Shown here: positions 55,765 to 64,000 of the stretch, in pieces
Layout: every line of letters begins with the position of its first letter
Numbering within the stretch: position 1 is the first letter of the stretch
Source of the DNA: Eukaryota sp. TZLM1-RC
Taxonomy: Eukaryota; Protista; Metamonada: BaSk clade
Reading direction: 5' to 3'
NCBI GenBank assembly: GCA_040285825.1
Contig: JAUPSS010000010.1
Coordinates: 928,881 to 992,880, forward strand
DNA length: 64,000 nucleotides
Program-made: the position numbers and the translations under genes
Notes under the pieces: model-generated
The model's input: the letters and a program-made list of their open reading frames with translations, nothing else
Database searches by the model: none
What the model was told of the DNA's origin: nothing

Positions 55765-58700
55765 TTAAGCAGGATCCATGAAAAAGCAAAAAAAATTTAT
55801 TACCCTTTCAATATGGAATAAATACCACAGATGGAGTCTCTTCAGCGATATTTGCTACTGATGTTTTATATCGCCAAAATGAATCCAATGTTTGTATGTT
55901 ATTGGATTTTAGTAATGCTTTCAATTCACTAAGTCGTCGCAGTATCAATGGTGCTCTATTGCAATATATGCCGGAATTAATACCGTATTTTCAATCAACA
56001 TATTGCACATATTCTAATTTACATTTTGGTAACAACATTTTGAGTTCATCAAGTGGTATAAAGCAAGGAGATCCGTTAGGGCCTCTTTTGTTTTGTTTGG
56101 CCATTCATCCTATTTTAGTGCAAATTCAAGAGATGTTTCCTTCACTAAAAATGATTGCATATATGGATGATGTTGTGCTTATTGGTGATTTAAATATTGT
56201 GAAACAAGCCACTGTATGTTTTAAAGAATTATTTACCAAAATTGGTCTCCGACTTAATTTACTTAAATGTGTTTTGTTATCGAATTCTCCAGTTTCCACA
56301 ATAGTTGATGGTATTGAAATTCAAGCCAAATTATATTCAATTGATGCTATTCGTCATTTGGGTTCGTTTTTAGGAAATAATGATGAAATTACCAAAAAAT
56401 TGCTTGAAAAGTTGAACTCAATTTCTGACAAAATTGACCGAATGATGTGTTTTGATATAAAAAACTCATCAAATTTACCAGTATAAGACTGTGTTTTAGT
56501 TCCAATTTTAATCATATATTTCGAACTACAAATCCTCTCGTCACTAGACCTTTGGCTCAGAAATTTAATGAGATGTAAAAATGTTTCAAATTCCAGATCA
56601 TGCTTATCTTAGTCCACATTATGGTGGTTTAGGGTGGACGAAGGCTTCTATTCTTACCTCGTGTGCTTTTGTTGGTGGATGCAGAAATGTAATCTTTGAG
56701 TTGTCCGAAAGATTTGCAGATTGGGAAGATTTATTGATGACAACGCAAAGTTCCGCTGTTTTTGCATTAAATGAAGAAATTTCAAAAATTGATGTAGAAA
56801 AATGGGGTCGATGTTTTCCCCAATCATTCAATGGCAATATTCCAGAAAAAAATGTTTGAAATTTGAAGTACACTCTTCGAACATTACAGAAAAGATTGAC
56901 TGGAATGTATGAAAAAGATCTTTATAATAATATTTGCAGCTCGGATCTTTTAAATCAAGATCTTCACTCATTGTTATTGGAAAAGGGTGTTTGTGAAAAC
57001 AAGGCGTCAGATTCTTCACTTTTTGTAACCATTGTACCACGAAGATTTGGATTGTGTGCCACTAATGAAGCATTTGTAACAAAAATGAGATTATGTTTGA
57101 ACAAACACCCTTGGAATATTATTCAATATAAAAAAAGCTGCAATTTTAATTCTGAAGCTATTGTTGACTTTGTCTCATGTAATGTTGCAAACGATACTTT
57201 GGTTCACAGAAGAAAACTTAATCCTGTGGCTGCTCTGGATTTTAAAGCAAAAGAAAAACATAGAAAATATGATAAAGAAATTGAAGATGCAAATATCGAT
57301 AGAAATACACAGCTGGTTTTTATTGCTTTCCCATTTTCGATAAATGGAAGATTATCAGTTGAAGCAGAAACTTTTTTGGATGACTTCCAAAAAATGGTGA
57401 AAGAAAAAACAATGAAAAGATTTGATATTTTTTTATGGCGTTCACGGATTCAATTTGCCATTATTTATTGATTACCACGGTTTTTCAATCGAATAAGAGA
57501 AGCTTTAGCTAGACAGCAAGCAGATCAACATTTTGTAGAGGAAATTTTGGTTCAATGATAGTCGTCCCATTAGTATTGAGTTATTAATTAAGTGTGCAAA
57601 TTCAATAAATACAATAATTAAGCAGGTTCCATGAAAAAGCAAAAAAAATTTATTACCCTTTCAATATGAAATAAATACCACAGATGGAGTCTCTTCAGCG
57701 ATATTTGCTACTGATGTTTTATTTCGCCAAAATGAATCCAATGTTTGTATGTTATTGGATTTTAGTAATGCTTTCAATTCACTAAGTCGTCGCAGTATCA
57801 ATGGTGCTCTATTGCAATATATGCCGGAATTAATACCGTATTTTCAATCAACATATTGCACATATTCTAATTTACATTTTGGTAACAACATTTTGAGTTC
57901 ATCAAGTGGTGTAAAGCAAGGAGATCCGTTAGGGCCTCTTTTGTTTTGTTTGGCCATTCATCCTATTTTAGTGCAAATTCAAGAGATGTTTCCTTCACTA
58001 AAAATGATTGCATATATGGATGATGTTGTGCTTATTGGTGATTTAAATATTGTGAAACAAGCCACTGTATGTTTTAAAGAATTATTTACCAAAATTGGTC
58101 TCCGACTTAATTTACTTAAATGTGTTTTGTTATCGAATTCTCCAGTTTCCACAATAGTTGATGGTATTGAAATTCAAGCCAAATTATATTCAATTGATGC
58201 TATTCGTCATTTGGGTTCGTTTTTAGGAAATAATGATGAAATTACCAAAAAATTGTTTGAAAAGTTGAACTCAATTTCTGACAAAATTGACCGAATGATG
58301 TGTTTTGATATAAAAAACTCATCAAATTTACCAGTATAAGACTGTGTTTTAGTTCCAATTTTAATCATATATTTCGATCTACAAATCCTCTCGTCACTAG
58401 ACCTTTGGCTCAGAAATTTAATGAGATGTAAAATGTTTCAAATTCCAGATCATGCTTATCTTAGTCCACATTATGGTGGTTTAGGGTGGACGAAGGCTTC
58501 TATTCTTACCTCGTGTGCTTTTGTTGGTGGATGCAGAAATGTAATCTTTGAGTTTCCGAAAGATTTGCAGATTGGGAAGATTTATTGATGACAACGCAAA
58601 GTTCCGCTGTTTTTGCATTAAATGAAGAAATTTCAAAAATTGATGTAGAAAAATGGGGTCGATGTTTTCCCCAATCATTCAATGGCAATATTCCAGAAAA

Positions 58701-61700
58701 AAATGTTTGAAATTTGAAGTACACTCTTCGAACATTACAGAAAAGATTGACTGGAATGTATGAAAAAGATCTTTATAATAATATTTGCAGCTCGGATCTT
58801 TTAAATCAAGATCTTCACTCATTGTTATTGGAAAAGGGTGTTTGTGAAAACAAGGCGTCAGATTCTTCACTTTTTGTAACCATTGTACCACGAAGATTTG
58901 GATTGTGTGCCACTAATGAAGCATTTGTAACAAAAATGAGATTATGTTTGAACAAACACCCTTGGAATATTATTCAATATAAAAAAAGCTGCAATTTTAA
59001 TTCTGAAGCTATTGTTGACTTTGTCTCATGTAATTTTGCAAACGATACTTTGGTTCACAGAAGAAAACTTAATCCTGTGGCTGCTCTGGATTTTAAAGCA
59101 AAAGAAAAACATAGAAAATATGATAAAGAAATTGAAGATGCAAATATCGATAGAAATACACAGCTGGTCTTTATTGCTTTCCCATTTTCGATAAATGGAA
59201 GATTATCAGTTGAAGCAGAAACTTTTTTGGATGACTTCCAAAAAATGGTGAAAGAAAAAACAATGAAAAGATTTGATATTTTTTTATGGCGTTCACGGAT
59301 TCAATTTGCCATTATTTAATGATTACCACGGTTTTTCAATCGAATAAGAGAAGCTTTAGCTAGACAGCAAGCAGATCAACATTTTGTAGAGGAAATTTTG
59401 GTTCAATGATAGTCGTCCCATTAGTATTGAGTTATTAATTAAGTGTGCAAATTCAATAAATACAATAATTAAGCAGGTTCCATGAAAAAGCAAAAAAAAT
59501 TTATTACCCTTTCAATATGGAATAAATACCACAGATGGAGTCTCTTCAGCGATATTTGCTACTGATGTTTTATTTCGCCAAAATGAATCCAATGTTTGTA
59601 TGTTATTGGATTTTAGTAATGCTTTCAATTTACTAAGTCGTCGCAGTATCAATGGTGCTCTATTGCAATATATGCCGGAATTAATACCGTATTTTCAATC
59701 AACATATTGCACATATTCTAATTTACATTTTGGTAACAACATTTTGAGTTCATCAAGTGGTGTAAAGCAAGGAGATCCGTTAGGGCCTCTTTTGTTTTGT
59801 TTGGCCATTCATCCTATTTTAGTGCAAATTCAAGAGATGTTTCCTTCACTAAAAATGATTGCATATATGGATGATGTTGTGCTTATTGGTGATTTAAATA
59901 TTGTGAAACAAGCCACTGTATGTTTTAAAGAATTATTTACCAAAATTGGTCTCCGACTTAATTTACTTAAATGTGTTTTGTTATCGAATTCTCCAGTTTC
60001 CACAATAGTTGATGGTATTGAAATTCAAGCCAAATTATATTCAATTGATGCTATTCGTCATTTGGGTTCGTTTTTAGGAAATAATGATGAAATTACCAAA
60101 AATTGTTTGAAAAGTTGAACTCAATTTCTGACAAAATTGACCGAATGATGTGTTTTGATATAAAAAACTCATCAAATTTACCAGTATAAGACTGTGTTTT
60201 TAGTTCCAATTTTAATCATATATTTCGATCTACAAATCCTCTCGTCACTAGACCTTTGGCTCAGAAATTTAATGAGATGTAAAATGTTTCAAATTCCAGA
60301 TCATGCTTATCTTAGTCCACATTATGGTGGTTTAGGGTGGACGAAGGCTTCTATTCTTACCTCGTGTGCTTTTTGTTGGTGGATGCAGAAATGTAATCTT
60401 TGAGTTTCCGAAAGATTTGCAGATTGGGAAGATTTATTGATGACAACGCAAAGTTCCGCTGTTTTTGCATTAAATGAAGAAATTTCAAAAATTGATGTAG
60501 AAAAATGGGGTCGATGTTTTCCCCAATCATTCAATGGCAATATTCCAGAAAAAAATGTTTGAAATTTGAAGTACACTCTTCGAACATTACAGAAAAGATT
60601 GACTGGAATGTATGAAAAAGATCTTTATAATAATATTTGCAGCTCGGATCTTTTAAATCAAGATCTTCACTCATTGTTATTGGAAAAGGGTGTTTGTGAA
60701 AACAAGGCGTCAGATTCTTCACTTTTTGTAACCATTGTACCACGAAGATTTGGATTGTGTGCCACTAATGAAGCATTTGTAACAAAAATGAGATTATGTT
60801 TGAACAAACACCCTTGGAATATTATTCAATATAAAAAAAGCTGCAATTTTAATTCTGAAGCTATTGTTGACTTTGTCTCATGTAATGTTGCAAACGATAC
60901 TTTGGTTCACAGAAGAAAACTTAATCCTGTGGCTGCTCTGGATTTTAAAGCAAAAGAAAAACATAGAAAATATGATAAAGAAATTGAAGATGCAAATATC
61001 GATAGAAATACACAGCTGGTTTTTATTGCTTTCCCATTTTCGATAAATGGAAGATTATCAGTTGAAGCAGAAACTTTTTTTGGATGACTTCCAAAAAAAT
61101 GGTGAAAGAAAAAAACAATGAAAAGATTTGATATTTTTTTATGGCGTTCACGGATTCAATTTGCCATTATTTAATGATTACCACGGTTTTTCAATCGAAT
61201 AAGAGAAGCTTTAGCTAGACAGCAAGCAGATCAACATTTTGTAGAGGAAATTTTGGTTCAATGATAGTCGTCCCATTAGTATTGAGTTATTAATTAAGTG
61301 TGCAAATTCAATAAATACAATAATTAAGCAGGTTCCATGAAAAAGCAAAAAAAATTTATTACCCTTTCAATATGGAATAAATACCACAGATGGAGTCTCT
61401 TCAGCGATATTTGCTACTGATGTTTTATTTCGCCAAAATGAATCCAATGTTTGTATGTTATTGGATTTTTAGTAATGCTTTCAATTCACTAAGTCGTCGC
61501 AGTATCAATGGTGCTCTATTGCAATATATGCCGGAATTAATACCGTATTTTCAATCAACATATTGCACATATTCTAATTTACATTTTGGTAACAACATTT
61601 TGAGTTCATCAAGTGGTGTAAAGCAAGGAGATCCGTTAGGGCCTCTTTTGTTTTGTTTGGCCATTCATCCTATTTTAGTGCAAATTCAAGAGATGTTTCC

Positions 61701-63174
61701 TTCACTAAAAATGATTGCATATATGGATGATGTTGTGCTTATTGGTGATTTAAATATTGTGAAACAAGCCACTGTATGTTTTAAAGAATTATTTACCAAA
61801 ATTGGTCTCCGACTTAATTTACTTAAATGTGTTTTGTTATCGAATTCTCCAGTTTCCACAATAGTTGATGGTATTGAAATTCAAGCCAAATTATATTCAA
61901 TTGATGCTATTCGTCATTTGGGTTCGTTTTTAGGAAATAATGATGAAATTACCAAAAATTGTTTGAAAAGTTGAACTCAATTTCTGACAAAATTGACCGA
62001 ATGATGTGTTTTGATATAAAAAACTCATCAAATTTACCAGTATAAGACTGTGTTTTAGTTCCAATTTTAATCATATATTTCGATCTACAAATCCTCTCGT
62101 CACTAGACCTTTGGCTCAGAAATTTAATGAGATGTAAAATGTTTCAAATTCCAGATCATGCTTATCTTAGTCCACATTATGGTGGTTTAGGGTGGACGAA
62201 GGCTTCTATTCTTACCTCGTGTGCTTTTGTTGGTGGATGCAGAAATGTAATCTTTGAGTTTCCGAAAGATTTGCAGATTGGGAAGATTTATTGATGACAA
62301 CGCAAAGTTCCGCTGTTTTTGCATTAAATGAAGAAATTTCAAAAATTGATGTAGAAAAATGGGGTCGATGTTTTCCCCAATCATTCAATGGCAATATTCC
62401 AGAAAAAAATGTTTGAAATTTGAAGTACACTCTTCGAACATTACAGAAAAAGATTGACTGGAATGTATGAAAAAGATCTTTATAATAATATTTGCAGCTC
62501 GGATCTTTTAAATCAAGATCTTCACTCATTGTTATTGGAAAAGGGTGTTTGTGAAAACAAGGCGTCAGATTCTTCACTTTTTTGTAACCATTGTACCACG
62601 AAGATTTGGATTGTGTGCCACTAATGAAGCATTTGTAACAAAAATGAGATTATGTTTGAACAAACACCCTTGGAATATTATTCAATATAAAAAAAGCTGC
62701 AATTTTAATTCTGAAGCTATTGTTGACTTTTTCTCATGTAATGTTGCAAACGATACTTTGGTTCACAGAAGAAAACTTAATCCTGTGGCTGCTCTGGATT
62801 TTAAAGCAAAAGAAAAACATAGAAAATATGATAAAGAAATTGAAGATGCAAATATCGATAGAAATACACAGCTGGTTTTTATTGCTTTCCCATTTTCGAT
62901 AAATGGAAGATTATCAGTTGAAGCAGAAACTTTTTTGGATGACTTCCAAAAAATGGTGAAAGAAAAAACAATGAAAAGATTTGATATTTTTTTATGGCGT
63001 TCACGGATTCAATTTGCCATTATTAATAGATTACCGCGGTTTTTCAATCGAATTAGAGAAGCTTTAGCTAGACAGCAAGCAGATCAAGATTTTGTAGAGG
63101 AAATTTTGGTTTAATGATAGTCGTCCCATTAGTTATGAGTTAATTTAATTAAGTGTGCAAATTCAATAAATACA
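55765..63174 (+). repeat. Head-to-tail array of four ~1.85-kb defective family A retrotransposon units
   Basis: Units start with TTAAGCAGG at 55765, 57618, 59469 and 61324. All share the same 5' truncation, frameshift, TGA and 43-nt filler replacing the knuckle and the N-terminal part of the RLE. Confidence 0.95.
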
Positions 63175-64000
63175 TATTAATTTTGAGTGAATTTCATTTC
63201 AATTCCAATTTGATTCAAAACTGCAGTAGATAATGTTACGTTAAAATATATTGCAACAGCAATGGAAGACATTTGTGTACGTGGATTAACAAGGAAGGGA
63301 GAGGGTGTAGCGTTCGATGAAGATGACATTGTAGAATAATTGAATTGCGGAAGAGTGGGGTGCTTGTACTACAATTGCAATTGTTAGATCAGCTTGTTTT
63401 AAAAGCCGGTGGCATTGATAAGTGAAATCTCGTTCTACAAATCGTGTCAATGCAAGCTCTTTTTTTCCCAGAAACCTTGTTCAATGTTTGTTTTTCAGGT
63501 ATTAAAACACACTAGATGCAATAAAACTATTTTATCTAAATTTGGTTCTCACATGTTTGTACATTGTGGCTACGTTCATAAGGTCAGCAATACAGACCAT
63601 GGCTAGATGGAAGTATACCTCTGCTTGGCTATTTTTAGTTAAGAAGAGTCTCATTATGCAGATTATCAATTTTAACAATACAATAATTCTACACAAAATA
63701 TATATACCAGCCCTAGCAAAACAGTTTGAATCCATGATGTTAAATAAGAAATATTGTTTCTATTTCCTTAACTGTTCAATGAATGTGTTGTATAATGCTT
63801 CTGACAAATGATAAAAACACTAGATGAAAAACAGAATAATAATATTAATTGAATTTTTTATTGCTAATTTATTAATGACAATAGTTAATTAATAATAATA
63901 ATAACTGTGTTTTTATTTTTACATGAATCAAAGATGAATTTGATGTAATTGTATAGAAAATTTCGATCATTGATGCTCCTACATTATCACCATTGAACTG

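Noticed and set aside
55765-63174. Active site-specific or telomeric retrotransposon array built by successive insertions
   Set aside because: Units share the same truncation point and disablements, and there are no telomeric repeats at the junctions; DNA-level duplication fits better.
4620-63174. Programmed frameshifting or an alternative genetic code to explain split retroelement ORFs
   Set aside because: Frameshifts fall at different positions in different copies, often in homopolymers, and host genes read cleanly in the standard code.

Overview
AT-rich, compact, nearly intron-free eukaryotic (protist) genomic DNA. One 31-nt spliceosomal intron has a branch point fused to the 3' splice site, which suggests a metamonad-like host (inference). 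About a third of the window is decayed RLE-type non-LTR retrotransposons resembling the CRE/SLACS clade, in at least three families. They include nested insertions with readable target-site duplications, one copy about 45 bp downstream of a tRNA-Pro(AGG) gene, and a 4 x ~1.85 kb head-to-tail array. Two Fanzor/TnpB-like remnants are also present. Recognisable host genes: HAUS5-like, CNTD1/COSA-1-like cyclin, ARM-TPR protein, ArfGAP, SAM + cold-shock-domain protein, PA28 proteasome activator, two RCC1+LRR/FNIP-like paralogs and an inverted pair of TRIM-like RING/B-box ligases. The most interesting candidates are (i) a 1726-aa protein that appears to join a microbial-type PARG macrodomain (eraser), about 13 PBZ/CCCH-type zinc fingers (reader) and a putative ADP-ribosyltransferase domain (writer), and (ii) the TRIM-like pair, whose differences cluster in short loops of the C-terminal domain. 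All domain calls come from motif recognition by eye; no searches were run.
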